From assembly GCA_003971905.1 (NCBI GenBank), contig RSEE01000037.1, positions 248,001 through 312,000 of the forward strand: a DNA stretch of 64,000 bases. The letters are read 5' to 3'. Within the stretch, counting starts at the first letter, position 1; each line of letters begins with the position of its first letter. Source of the stretch: Moniliella sp. 'wahieum'. Taxonomy: Eukaryota. A program made the translations under genes and the position numbers. Below, in pieces: positions 24,090 through 37,387 of this stretch. The notes below the pieces were generated by a model. The model was not told the origin of the DNA and did no database searches. It worked only from the letters and a program-made list of their open reading frames with translations.

Positions 24090-24797
24090 GAGAGCGTGGT
24101 GTTGGGTGAGGGCGACGGGGCACAGGAGGCGCTGAGGACAGAGCGCTGCTTACGCCGTCCCGCTTCCCACGTCCCTGCCCAAACCTGCCCAAACCGGCCC
24201 ATCCCACACCACGCGTCACGCGTGTGCGCCTCAGCATCACACACCCATTTTCAATGTTCACTTTGGACACGCCCACTCCGTCCGCTCCGGTCCTTTCCGG
24301 CAAGCATAATGCGGGGCGCAGTACGCAATATACACTGCTTCTGCAATTTAGTATCGCACCAGCCTATAACATCTCACTTGCCAGTCTCTAAGTCCAGCAT
24401 CTCAAATAGCCCCTCCTGTTCATCCACTGTTGATGCCAGCTAACCCACACCTCTATTCTCATCCACCCTCCACCCCGTGTAGGGGCACGCGTGATTGGAT
24501 GTATGTACCTGCCGCACATGTCATACCCAACCGTCCCTCGCCCAGTTAGCTCACGCACTCCCATTCTACCACCCGCGTGCACAGCCGAGGCCTATCAATC
24601 GTACATTGCAATTCGGTCCCACACAACCAAGCAGCATAGAGGCAGTGCATTGTACATACATCTCCAGCACTCAGCAGAGCACTGGCCAAGGAGGGGAAAG
24701 CAGCGCCTCAAATCCAGACAGAGAGACGGAGAACGGTACAAAATTACAGGGTGGACAACAGCAAGTCTGCCCCCCCTCCCGCGCTCCCGGACCCACT

Positions 24798-25497
24798 TTA
24801 CTTCTTGGCCGTCTTCTTCGTCGTGGCCTTCTCCGTCTTCTTGGCCGCAGGCTTGGCAGCCTTCTTGGTCGTGCTCGACGTCTTCTTGGCCGCGGGCTTC
24901 TTGGTCGTCGCCTTGGTGCCTGCCTTCTTAGCTGCGGGCTTCTTAGCCTTGGCCTTTTCCGTCTTGGGCTTGACCTCCTTAGGCTTCGTCTCCTTCGCGA
25001 CGGCCGCCTTGGTACCGGGCGCGAGCTTCACCTTGCCAGAGGGGCCCTTGGGCAAGACAACACCTTCTTCTCGGCACCCTTGGTGATCGCACGCGCAACC
25101 AAGTTGCTGAACGCAGCCGGGCTGAGCGACGCCGTGGGGGTGTGCTTAGCCTGGATCCACTTCTTGAGCATAGGGCGCGACAGGCCGGTGCGCGACGCCT
25201 CAGGGTGAGCAAGGATAGCTTCCTTGATCATTGTCTGAACAGGAGACAAAGGAGCATGTCAGCTTTGATCCAGGGGGGTGGGGGGTGCCACCATCTCCCT
25301 CGAACCGACCAAGGGAGAGAAGCAATGGCCTCGACTCAAGGAAGGTCCGATGACTACCAACCGAGAGCAGTAGACAACGCGCTCTCCCGCAGAGGATCAG
25401 GTGGGGAAGGAATGAAGAGAAAAACGCACCTCTACGACGGCCCAGCGGGCTTGGTGCTCGCCTTGGGCGCGGCCTTCTTCGTGGTAGCAGTCGACAT
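24798..25497 (-). CDS. HHO1: Linker histone H1 (one ~195-nt intron)
   Basis: MIKEAILAHPEASRTGLSRPMLKKWI...PKGPSGKVKLA globular domain and a K/A/T-rich tail. Confidence 0.93.
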
Positions 25498-25688
25498 CGT
25501 AGGGAACGAGGTTAGAGGAGGATGAGGTGGTGGTGGTGGTGAAGGCGAAAAGGGCTGGATGTGGTGGTGGTAAAGAAATGAAAACCAGGAGCGTGGCGGC
25601 GATGGTATGCCTCGTGTCGCCTGAGGCCTGACCATCCCAAGGAGTCCTTAGGCCTTACCACTGTCTTATTGCCCTTGCGCGTTGGGCT

Positions 25689-26112
25689 TGTGAACGTTGT
25701 GAACGCGGTTACGATCATTGGTCGATCATCGCAACTGAGTACTGACTACTGATTCGTAGCCCTGCTTCTCCTGCTTGCAATGGATAATGGGTCGAGATAA
25801 CGTTCACAAAAACAATGTCCCCCCTGTTGCCGTCAGTACTCAGTCAGGGAAGCCTCCCCGCAAGGCTCAAGGCCAAAAGTCCTGAGTCCACTAATCAAGC
25901 TCCAAACCCTTCACAGCCCAAGGGAAGCAGCCACATAACCCTAACCGCATCACTGTTGAATATTGGTGCGCATATTAATTGCCGCGGGGCCCTGGCCTAA
26001 CCCGTCTATGCAATAGTAGCAGGTGATTTACAACGCACTCGAAATGGGCGCACACGTATAAGCCAACTAACCGGTTACGGTCACCAGGCCAGGTTCACAA
26101 CTATTGTGAACG
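25689..26112. promoter_or_regulatory. H1 upstream region with CGTTCACA motifs
   Basis: TGTGAACG/CGTTCACA at 25689, 25698, 25801 and 26105; GGTTCACA at 26092. Confidence 0.65.
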
Positions 26113-27012
26113 TGCAAACCCGCATCCTACAGCATCAGCACCACGCGTTGGTTGGAGAACCGAATCTGCCGCTGGGTTCCACACCACCAACCACAACTCT
26201 GGCCCTCTGCAAACGCAATCAATTATGCCATCCCACAGATGCCACCGTCGCAGCAAGCATTTCAGACGTGGCAGGTTGGGTGAGCCAGCGTTTGGTGCAG
26301 TTTGTACTCCCCCAATCGAGTCCTAGGCCTTAAGCCCTAGGCCCTATAGGCTAGTGGCAGTGGATGAGATGATGATGTGCATCTGGACATGACCATGACT
26401 GAGCGATGAACGTTCAATGAACACAACCTTCGCCAGCGGAACTTTTCGTCAGTCAGTTTTTTCAGTGAGTAAACATGTTCTCAGCAGTCCTGGGCGAAGT
26501 GGTCTCCGCCTCGTCATAACTATACAAAATAGTACCTGGGGTAGCCGGTTAGAACACAGACCTTGGGCAGTCCCTGGTACTTGGCCTCACTTCTCGCAAT
26601 CCACCTGCTTTTGAGTAGAACAGAATGCAGCCCCTTCCCTCTCGGCGTCCAAAGCATGGGCCCACCTGGTAGTCGATGTTTACATGGTTTGCTTCCTCGC
26701 CTGGTTTCCTCTTTTCCTCTTCTTAATCCTCCCCAGCCGTCGGTTCATTGAGACTGCGGGTGTGCCCCGAACGGCGCGCGCACTAGGTTGAGGATCGGAT
26801 GCCACCCTGCCTCGTGGACCGGCCCGCGTCCTGATAGAATGATGGGTATGAGTTCTGGCAGGAAGGATGTGCTCCAAGGATGGGATAAGTACTCTGCTGT
26901 CAATCTGGTTGCTGGCCACAACCAGGCAGATGTCCCACTCTGCCCCCTTTGGTAGCATCGTGAGCTGCCTGTGAGCGAGGGTGCTGGGCTTGCGTTGCCA
27001 CCACCGACTTAG

Positions 27013-27595
27013 GTCGTTTGGTGGTGAGCCTGACGCACTGGCAGGATTGGGACGTGGGGGTGATAGAAGATGATAGCAGGTGAGATCTGAGGGGAGTAAC
27101 AAGTAACTAGTGATATGATAGCTTGGCTTTGGGGCCAGGACACTAGGCAAGTGCATACCACCGCTTGCGCTATGGGGTTAGGGTGACAAGCGGGAATAGG
27201 GCACGCAGACCCAAAATCAGAGAGGGGCCGGGTCAGGCCTCAGGTCTAGGTCCAAGTCCTCGCAGCGACTGGCGCAGCGCTGGGCGGGCCTAGCTATGAG
27301 ACATGCAGCTGGCGCGCTGCTGTCCAGCACACACTGCCCTGTGCTATTGGGCTATTATCACCGCAAGCATCATCATCGGTGGTCACCCATGCAGCGTCAT
27401 CCATCACCCGTCCCTGCCGCCCAACAGGATGAGCCACAGACGCCGTGCCCGAGTGCGATGCGCACCTCCCCCCATATCACCGGTCGTACTCTTTTGGGAC
27501 CTGAGCTTTCCTTTTAGGCGATGGCCGCTCGTGTTTCAGATTGCACTCGCATCCGGCCCATTTTTTACCACGCGCCTTGCTTTTAACCTGCGTGC
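27013..27595 (+). repeat. Duplicated promoter/5' UTR block (inverted copy at 1-553)
   Basis: Direct reverse-complement comparison with the window start. Confidence 0.95.
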
Positions 27596-27674
27596 ATGCC
27601 CGCCGTCTTTCTCCCACCTACACCACCTCTGCCTCCTCTCTGCGACGACCACGACTACCCGCTTCCATTGCAAA

Positions 27675-29543
27675 ATGGTGCAGCTGTCCGTCTCGTCCCA
27701 GCGCGCTATGCCCTACCGCACCGTCTTCCCCCGTCCCAGCCTCGCCCAGCAGCTGGGCAAACGCATCTCCCCCGTCCTGCGCCGCACAGGCCGCCACCTC
27801 GGCATCGACGGCGACGGCGTCGTCGGCACTCGTCGCATCGTTCGTCGTCTTCCAGCAGCACCGGCTCTTCGTCGTCCTTCTCCTGAGCTGGGCCCGCTCC
27901 CTCCGCCACTGTATCCGAAAGAAATCGCCACCGCATCTGGTGGACAGCGCAAGCGCACGCATCAGGATGAGGATGAGGATGAGGACGCGGACGCGGACGC
28001 GGATACGAATGCTACGGGCGGACCCTCGGTCAAAAAGGCCAGGTTGGACCATGCTCGGTTCCCTGGCGCCACCACCCCCGCGCCCGCGATGGTCGCTCGG
28101 AAGCCTGAGGCGGCCCCGGCCGTCCTCGCGTTCAACGTGCAACCCCTCCTCGCGTTCAACGTGCAACCCTTCCTCGCGTGCAAATTGCCACCCCACCTCC
28201 TGCGCACACCGCAACTCCTCCCGCGCACACTGCAACTCCTCCTCCCGTTCAAACTGCAAAGGTACGGATCCATCCCCATTCGTGCCAGTGAACCACTGTA
28301 ACGCTAACCTCTTGACCATGTGCATGTGCAGCATCTTCGCCCGGTGAACAAAGAACAGGACGATGATGCAGCGGAGTTGGACGTTCTCGCCAGCATTGGT
28401 GGCACGCAAGTTTGTGGCCCAGCCAATATGGCGATGGGCGACAGCATTCTGGCGTATCGCTACATGGTTACCAAGAGCCGGGGCAAGACGAAGTACGGCG
28501 AGGCCGTCTCCGCGCTTGACATGGTCACCAACCAACAAGTGGTTATCAGTGTCAGCGGCTCTGACAAGGCCAGGCGCATCGAGACGTTGTGTCACGCCCG
28601 GAACCTGCATGCAGTCGGTGCGATGAATGCCAACGTGATTGGGTGGACGCGCATGCGCGATGTGTTTCTCTACAACCGCACCCGACTGTGCATTGTGTTT
28701 GACCGCCAGGCCAGCTCGGTGGACTACTTTTTGAAGCGCCAGCTCCAAGGCCGTCGCATGCCCCCGGAACACATTCAGTCCATCATGAAGCAAATCCTCC
28801 TCTTTCTTGCCTCGATCCATGACCAGGGCTTGGTCCATGGTAACCTCACCGCAGACAACGTCCTGCTGGACAGCACTGAAGCTGCTGTGCGCATCCCCGA
28901 TCCGTCCAAGCCTGGCCAAACGATTCCCTCCTCTCCTCTTCCAGCGTCCACGTGGCCGATGCGAGCCACGTTCGTGCGCGGCCCAGCATGAGCCGAGTGC
29001 GCTTCCCAAGGCTTGCCGCCCGCCCGAGGCGCTGCTTCGCACTCATCCCTGGTCGGCTCCGCTGGACTTGTGGGCGGCTGGGTGCTTGATGCTGCAGCTG
29101 GCGATGGGTCAGGCGCCCTTTGGACCGGAAGGAAGCGCAAAGGAGGCGTACGCCCAGCACCAAGCCACGAAGCCGGAACTTGACCAGAGCGATACGCCCT
29201 CTTGTCTGAGCTTCAGAGCGCCCTGGGTGTGATGCCGAGTGCATTTTAGAACGATTGCCGCCTGAGCAGCGCGAGGCACTCTTCTTCTCCAACGGTACTG
29301 TGCGCACCACCAAGGCCGCCGGGCTGCTGAAACACAGCAACAAGGACGAAAAAGCACAGTACCGGTCCTACGACTATTGGTTTCAAGGACCTTGCCCGTC
29401 AACTTCTTGAACTCGACCCTACTAAGCGCATCACGGCCGAGAAAGCCCTGGAGCATCGCTTCTTTGCGATCCAGCCAAGCAAGGATTACCCACGCACCAT
29501 CCCCTTTGCCTCAGTAAACATATTGTTTATGCACCAACGGTGA
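27675..29543 (+). CDS. CMGC (LAMMER/DYRK-like) pseudokinase; intron 28262-28331
   Basis: Kinase fold recognisable (HIQSIMKQILLFLASIHDQGLVHGNLTADNVLL, RPPEALL, DLWAAGC, LLELDPTKRITAEKALEHRFF) but catalytic motifs are degenerate; N-terminal acidic stretch and 8-aa repeats. Confidence 0.8.
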
Positions 29544-31250
29544 CCTTCTCCCCATATCCCCTTGTTGGTCTTCTGTTGTACTCTGTATTGCTCTTCCGGA
29601 CGGTACCCGGCCCGAGGCCTGATTCCCCACGCATCCTCGCCAGCGGCCTGCATCCCTCTTGCGGCCTGCTTTCCTTTTCCCATATTGCATACCTCTAGCG
29701 GCCTCTCCCGGCCTGCTTCCCCCTCCCCGGCATGTTTCTCTCTCGCGGTCCTTCTGGTTTTCCAAGGAATCCATTTGATCCGTACATCCCATTCTGCCAG
29801 TTCCCTCCCATCGGTTTAGATTCCAGCGGGCAAACGCAAAGTGTATGTGAAGTTCCCGACTCTCGGAGAGATTCGGGAGGCCAGGTAGAGTAGGAGGGCA
29901 CTTTGGCTGTGGAAACTGGAACTGGACTTGGGGCGGGAGCTAGGCTGGACTGTCGGTGCCATCAGTATCAGTGTCAGAGTGTGGCAAGATAGTGGCGTGA
30001 TATATGCTGGCAGCATCAGCTATATATCAGGCCTCGCATGTCACACGCCCCACGCCCTCCTTCGCTCACGGGCGCCACAGTGTGGAGAACCATATCAGAA
30101 GTACCCGGTAACTGTACCACGGTTCCGAAGCCGGCCATACCCGGTACCCAGCCTCCGCTCGAAGCTTGAAGCTTGAAGCTTGAAGCCTTGAAGCTTGAAC
30201 AAGGCCATTGAAAAAACGGCGAGAGGTTAGGTACATGCCCCAGACGAGAAGAAATGGTGCCAGTAAAGATGATGAGGTGGTGCATGATTAGGATGATCGA
30301 TGGGGTCCTAGGTACGGCAGGGTACGGTAGGTGCGGTACGCGCGGTGCGGCCTACGGCCTCCGGGTTCTACCATAGAACAGTGGCGTAGAAGGGCGCAGA
30401 GCCCTGTACATACAGAGTCGTACCATAATGCCATGCATCATGCACCAGCCTCGACATCACCCATCAGGCTCCGGCCCCAGACAGGCAACCTACTGGGCGC
30501 ATATACGAAGCGCAAAGCGCTAAAATTTAAAAGCGCTACAAGACAATAAGCTTGCCCTAGTTTCACATGCAGCAGCCAGGCGGCAGAGCACTGTGTCATG
30601 TCGTCCCAAATCCGCGCTGGTGTGCCCGCAGTGGGGCAGCCCAGCAGTGAGGCAGCCACTGGCTAGTACCATCCCAGCCAGCCAGCCACGCACTGCCTGC
30701 CTGCAGCTGACGCGTGACGCGTGACGCTTAAGACCCCGCCGGCGCGCGGCGTTGGGCCCACGCAGTGCCCACGCACTGAAGGGCAGTCCCGTCCCAGCTT
30801 CCAGCCGAACAGCAGGCAGGCACAGCAGCGCACAGCAGCGCACAGCACCCCACAGCGCCGCAGCGCATGTGCAGAGTAGCCGCGTGCATCAGCTGCTGCC
30901 GCCATGCCCCCAAGTGGGGCCGCTGCACCCGCTGGCTGCCCCCATGCCTCCTCCCCCGCCAGGGTGCAGGCTTGATCACCTGGATCGTCAGACACTCGGG
31001 AGGCTGGGGGGCAGCCTCCGAACCGAATATCCAGCAGAAGGCAACAGCAGAAGAGCTGTCACAAAAGTGGGCCTCAAGCTTCAAGCCAAGCCTCAAGCTT
31101 CAAGCCTCGTCCGCACCGTCGTCCACGCTGTTTTGCCCGACGGCTCGTCTTGCACCTCCCCCTCCACCACCAACACCAACATCCCCGCTCCCGCTCCTAC
31201 TTGCTCTCGGCGCCCTCCCAGCACGAGCACTGCACACTCTTTCCTTCGTT

Positions 31251-33580
31251 ATGCTTCTCCCCCTGGCTGTGCTGGCGGCTGCCATCCCCGCGTTGGCTGG
31301 GACCCCCATGTCGTTTGAGGTGTTGACCAAGAACTCCCTTGCCTCGGCCATGATGCTCGGCCTTGTCGACAACAACACTGCCTTTGTTCTCGACAAGGTT
31401 GAGGGCAACCCCACCAAGCTTTCCTCTGGCAAGCCCGTATGGGGCTCCCTGATTGACCTCACCGACGGGTCCGTGCGTGCGATCGACGTCGAGACGAATG
31501 CGTTCTGTGCCGGCGGTGGCACCTTGCCCAACGGCTCCTGGGCTGTCTTTGGCGGAAACCAGGCCGTCAAGTATGGAAACGTCGCCTTGACCGACAGCTT
31601 TAACCCGTACCAATCCAAAGACGGACGCAAATCCATCCGCCTCCTCGACATCCTCAACCTCCAGCCCAGCGGGTACAATTGGGACGATGATGGTCACTTG
31701 CAGATGAACTCCAACCGTTGGTACCCCACCGTAGAGACTTGGCCACGGGCGAGATGGTCATCATGGGTGGCTCCACCTCGGGCGGATACATCAACCGCAA
31801 CACGCCCAACACCGACCCCACATTTGCTACCGCCACCGGCGGTGGTTCCATCACCAACCTCGACATGGGCGGCGCCAATCCCACCTACGAGTATTTCCCC
31901 AACCGCACCAACATTACCGCACAGGGATCCTATGCCGGCATGCAGATGTCCAAGTTCATGACAACCACCAGTGGCCTCAACATGTACCCCCACATGTATC
32001 TCATGCCCAGCGGCAAGATCTTTATGAACGCCAATGCCTCCAACGTACTCTGGGACCACAACCAAAATGTTGAAACCCCCTTACCTGACATGCCAGGTGG
32101 CATCATTCGTGTCTACCCGGCTTCGGCCGCCACGGCCATGAAACCTCTCACGCCGGCCAACAACTGGACTCCAGAGATTCTCTTCTGCGGTGGCATGGTC
32201 CTCGACACTGACAACGATTGGGGCAACTATACCGCGCCCAATGTGAACATGTACGAGACCAAGACTTCTACCTCCTGTGCTTCGATCCAACCGGAGAATG
32301 CGGATGGAAGCATGGTGGCCAATCCAGCGTTTGTGGAAGAGGACGATATGCCGGTGGGGACGGACGATGGGGCAGTTTGTTCACCTGCCCACGGGCCAGA
32401 TGTTGATTGTGAATGGTGCAGAGAACGGCACGGCCGGATACGGAAACACAACATGGAACATTATCAATCTCAATGGCCAGCAGGTTCACCTGGAAGGCAT
32501 GTGTTCTGGTCCGACCTTGACACCGTTGCTCTACGACCCGACGCAGCCCAAGGGCAAGCGTTTGTCGGATGCTAATTTTGGCAAGAGCCAGTATGCTCGG
32601 TTGTACCATTCCTCCGCCATTCTTTCTCCCGACGGCGCGGTTCTGATTGCCGGTAGCAACCCACACAATGACGTGAACGAGCTCATGCCCCTCTCCTCCT
32701 CTCCCCAGGGCTACAACACCACCTATGTGGTAGAGAAGTGGTACCCTGACTACTACTTTGCTCCGCGTCCGCAACCCCAGGCTTGCCCGACACCATTCCG
32801 TTTGGGGGGAGCCCTTTCAATGTGACGTTGCCCGCGGCGTCGATGGGCAAGGCGGCCAACGCACTGGCAGCCGGCGCCAAGGTGATGCTCATCCGTTCGG
32901 GCTTCTCCACCCACGCAATGAACATGGGTCAGCGCTCCGTACAGCTGCAACATACCTACGAGGTTCAGTCCGATGGCAGCGTTGTGCTCACTGTCAATCC
33001 GCTGCCCCCCAACCCGAATCTTCTGACCGTCGGACCGGCTTTGCTCTTTGTCACCGTTGGCGGCGTGCCGTCTCATGGGAAGTTCGTTTCGATTGGCGAG
33101 TCGATGAGCATGGTCGGGATGGCCCCTTGGACGCCCAAGGTGGGTGCAGCACTGCAACAACTTTACACGCCTGTCAACCACTCGTCCTATAACGCCGCCC
33201 CCTCCAAAGTGTACACGGGTACGGGCGCCGTCAACGGCGCGGACGTCAGTACTGGCTTTGGGGCCTCGCACTCGAGCCTGAGTTCGGGAGGCAAAGCGGG
33301 CATCGCAGTAGGGGTGGCGGTAGGAGTAGTGGTGCTTCTGGCCCTGGTGGGGCTGGCTGTATGGTGCTGTCGTCGCCGGAGCGGGTCGACGGCCGCCAAG
33401 CCCGGCTACTCGTATGCGGCCAACGCATCCACCTCGGGCTACTGGGACCAAGCTAGTACCGACAACATGCAGTTGCCGAGCCACCATGGTCCCAACCAGT
33501 CCCAGGCCACCTTCGACTCGTATCACTTGAACCAAGTGTACTCCTCGCGCGAGACCCTGACCCAGCCCAAGATTCAGTAG
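31251..33580 (+). CDS. Glyoxal oxidase / copper radical oxidase (AA5_1) with signal peptide and C-terminal TM helix
   Basis: MLLPLAVLAAA signal; TNAFCAGG, RWYPT, RLYHSSA...PDGAVLIAGSNP, GFSTHAMNMGQR; TM IAVGVAVGVVVLLALVGLAVWCC. Confidence 0.93.
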
Positions 33581-36500
33581 CGCTGCAGCGGTGCAAGGGT
33601 GCGCAGAATCTGGGTTCCTGTTCTCAGTCGCTTTGCGCTTATGAGCGCCGTTTCGGCTCCTAGTCCCTAGTTAGGATATGGGTTCTTGCGGTCGATGATA
33701 CGGTTTTTTGTCATTCGTTTCGTTTTCCCCTTTTTACCTCTACCCCCCTCCCACCTCCGCGTACCCATACCCGGGCCCTTACCCCAACTGCAACCTTATT
33801 CTGACCCTTATGCCTCTTCCCCGTCATGCTTTTCGATGGCATGTGCTCTGTTTCTTGTATCCTGTGTAATCATTTGGGCCCTTTGGTACTACGACCCATG
33901 TTTCCCACAACCTACTTCTACCACTCACTTTTCCCCATCTATGATCGCATTCTTCCTCGTTATCCCACCTTTTCTTCTCGTCTCTCCCTTAGACTGTTTG
34001 TTTTAGGAGAGTTTGGTAGAATGAACTCGCTTGTCGACAATGCCGATTGGCTCCCACCTGAAGGGGACGGCACAGACATGCTCGAAAAGAACAAAAAGCA
34101 AAGAGCATCTTAGATGTGGCTCAGAAAGCTAGGTTGCAGGTGTAATCTACGGAATCAGTTCATAGCCTTTGCAAAACGAATAAGCGTCACAAGAACAACC
34201 AAACTACATGGCCGTGGGAGATATCGTCCATCTCGGGGCCGGCCGTTGGGTTCAACGGCGGGGCGTTGGACATGGGGTGGTATGGAGGGCTAAAGAAAGC
34301 CAGGAAGGCTGAGTTAGATCAAACCTAACAGGAGATGGAGATGGGAGAAAAGATGGGTATCATATTCATCGAGTGGAAAGAGGGAGAGGTATATATGCCT
34401 CGGAGAAGAAGAGAACATCCGAGCTGAGTCACACAGGGAAGAAGGATAGCATAGTCAAAGGGGGAAAACAGGGTTTAGAATATATCAGGGACCAGTCAAC
34501 TTGGTGATCAAACGATGACCAAGTAGGTCTGATCGATCTGATCCCGATAGCCTACATATCACAGGCTCGCCCAACCAGCGTGGGCTGCTGGTTCGTGCCA
34601 GCCAGCAATCAAGAGGCCAATGGAGTCAACGCACATAACATGCACATAACAAGCCATAACCCTCAACTTCCTCTGCCATTTGCTTCCAATCCGGATGCAT
34701 AGCGCGCATGATGGATACGAAAATGAGCATGGTGAACGTGTGAGCGATGATGCTTCTTCTCCGATGAGATTTTGCAGTAACTGAAGCTTTTCCAGTGCTC
34801 AAATATCTTAGTGGTCGTCATGAGGGCATCGTATCCCTGCGTTCTCATGACCAGGGTGAAGACTGGGGGGCGGCCTTATTATATGGCGTTCTTGTAGCAT
34901 TAGAGCGGTCGAAACAATGCCGGAAGAGTCCAGGCCGCCATCAGGAGATAATGCAGATAATATTCCTGTGGTGTGGTATGCCGCAAACACGCCTCCACTG
35001 GCAAACTTGTAGCAATGGCAGGAGTGCAAGGCAGGGGAAGAGGTGGTGTGAATGCAATCAGGGGGAAGGCAGCCCGGAGGCGCAACAGGAAGGGGGGAGG
35101 GCGCCTCGCACAAAACTGCCAACACGATGGATACTAGATGCTTTCTAGTCTCTTCTTTCCGCACCTCCTGATAGCTGAGCGACGGGGAGCCCGATGTGCC
35201 TCTCCTCTATGGGCTTTTTCTGTCAGCAAGTGAGGAAGAGCTGCCGGCCCGAGTTAGGAGGAAGGGAAGAGAGGATGAACTCTGGTTTGTAGCGACGATG
35301 GGACGGTGGTACATTAGGACTTCGGGTGCATGCAAACCACGGATGCGCGGAGGGTCCCATGTGTTCTTCCTGGTATCTTCACGCCACAGGGATGTGCTCA
35401 CGAGATACATCGAATGCTTTTCGTATGGGAGCCCAAAATCAGCGTCATCGCCATCATCGTCCGAGCCGGTTTCGGCTGCACGGTGTCCATCCCTTTTCAT
35501 GTTCAAAGCCGAGTCCTTCTCTCGGGGACTGGGGTGTGCCTGGGGATGATTGTTCGGCTGGATGACCTTTTGCGACGCTGGCACCAGACCACTACCTTGA
35601 CCGCATGCCCCCGCTTCCTTTTGTGCTCCTATTATTATCGTCACCGATGACGGCCTTCTTCGAACCCCTGCCACGCTCCTGCTTTCTCTGCAGGAGGGTC
35701 ATTGCCTTCACTCGATCCTTTGTTCGCCTCCGTCCTCGTGCACATGGCATCAAAGAAGTCCCCAACAGCTCGTTCAACTGTACGTCCAGTCGCTAGTCAC
35801 TAGTAGTAGGCAGTCAGCCGCCGGGGCCACCTGTGCGCGGCCAATGGGCTCCGCACGACACTACCGCCGTATCTTACCCACGAGCACGCGTTTGCAGTCA
35901 TGTGGTTGTCCTCAAAAGTGCTGGACAGTACAGACAGACAAATTGTTGGGGAAACGGGAAGCAAACACCGTAGTGATGAACATGTGAATGTGAGAAGGCC
36001 TGTACGGTTGGGTACAGTAAGTACAAGTGTCGCCTGCTGGGGGCGAGAAAAACCATCTGCTTCGTGCCATAGGAATATAGTTGTTCGACATGGGCCTATC
36101 GCGCTATCGCTGCAAAAGCGGGAGTTTTTGGGACCCTTCTCGTTGCAAGGCGTATACTTGCTGGGGGCCTTTGGGGACAAGCATAGTAGGAGCCCATAAA
36201 GACTGCGACGGGATTTATGTACACCTGGCCATCTGCATCACGTTGAAACTGCCGACAGTCGCCGGAGTCCGGCAGCCAAGGTTTGCGAGACTATCGATTG
36301 AATGAGGAAGAGGGTCGGTTCGGGATTTGTGAATCTGATATCAAATACTTTGCGGTCCACGTGGAGGCATTGGCGGGACAGATGTGAATTATATGTGGAC
36401 GGTGGAGCTGGCGAGCGAAGCGGTGCGACAGGGCGCGACGGGGACGCACATGCTGGGGGCAGAGCGACACGGCCGCAGGGCGGCAGCCGCGTCGCTCGCT

Positions 36501-37387
36501 CGCCTCCTCCACATGCGGGGGCGGCAGCACGGCCGGCTGCACCCTCCGGGCGCGGCGCCAGCCGGCGTCGTGACAGGCGCTGTGCGACGGGGAATTGCAC
36601 ATGCTCGCGCACAACGCTCGCCAGGTCACATGTCAGCGCAGCGCCCCTCAGAGCAGCTCAGCGCGCGCTCTCTCCCTTCCCCCACGCACAATACGAGCGA
36701 ATACAGCCCCTTTGGCACGCCACTACCCACTGCTGCTGTGCCCCTCGCGGGCCTGCGCACGACGCCAGTGCCCCAGGCGTCTTGCTTGCTCGATGGTCGG
36801 TAATCGAATATCCGATTTTCTGGATATACTCCCACCACATACTCTTGAGCATCGACCCGGCTGCAGAGCTGTTCTACTCGATGCCGTTGCAGGACCAGTG
36901 ACTAGTGAGAGACGTGTACCGGCGGTGGCTCCCATATCGTACTCCAACTCCACATGGGTTTCCTCGCATATTACACTTCACACCCTCCCCTCCCCATTCC
37001 ATGTGAAACGCATCCACATAGCGATTGCGTTTGGTTACCGCCAGAGCACTATAGCTCTTTCTGCCAATCTATCTATCTATCAGGGGAGATAGCACCTCAT
37101 CATTTGTTCTAGGCATGCACTGCTGCATGGCACCAACTATACCGTAAAGGTGGGCCTACGGGTACGGAGGGTCCTTGCTTATGCTTTTCGAAGGGCATTC
37201 TACCCATATCACCAGACTAAAACCCACAGCTCCTCATCTTCTGAGAATCACAGAGACCACGTGCTAAGCCCCAGCCCACTATCGTGCCTCTCCCTTATAA
37301 GCACATCCTTGGGGAAGCCTGTTCTGATCGGTCTCTCAACCCCCCCCCCCCCCCTTCTCCTCTTCCACCTCTTTCACATCCATCATC

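Noticed and set aside
25430..25436. In-frame TAG at the end of H1 exon 1
   Set aside because: Best explained by a 1-nt deletion of TAC GAG, in line with the window-wide indel errors.
35207..35800. Kinase-like fragments (NELLGTSL, LHAPEVLM) on the minus strand
   Set aside because: Two short motifs in different frames with no other kinase subdomains; could be chance.
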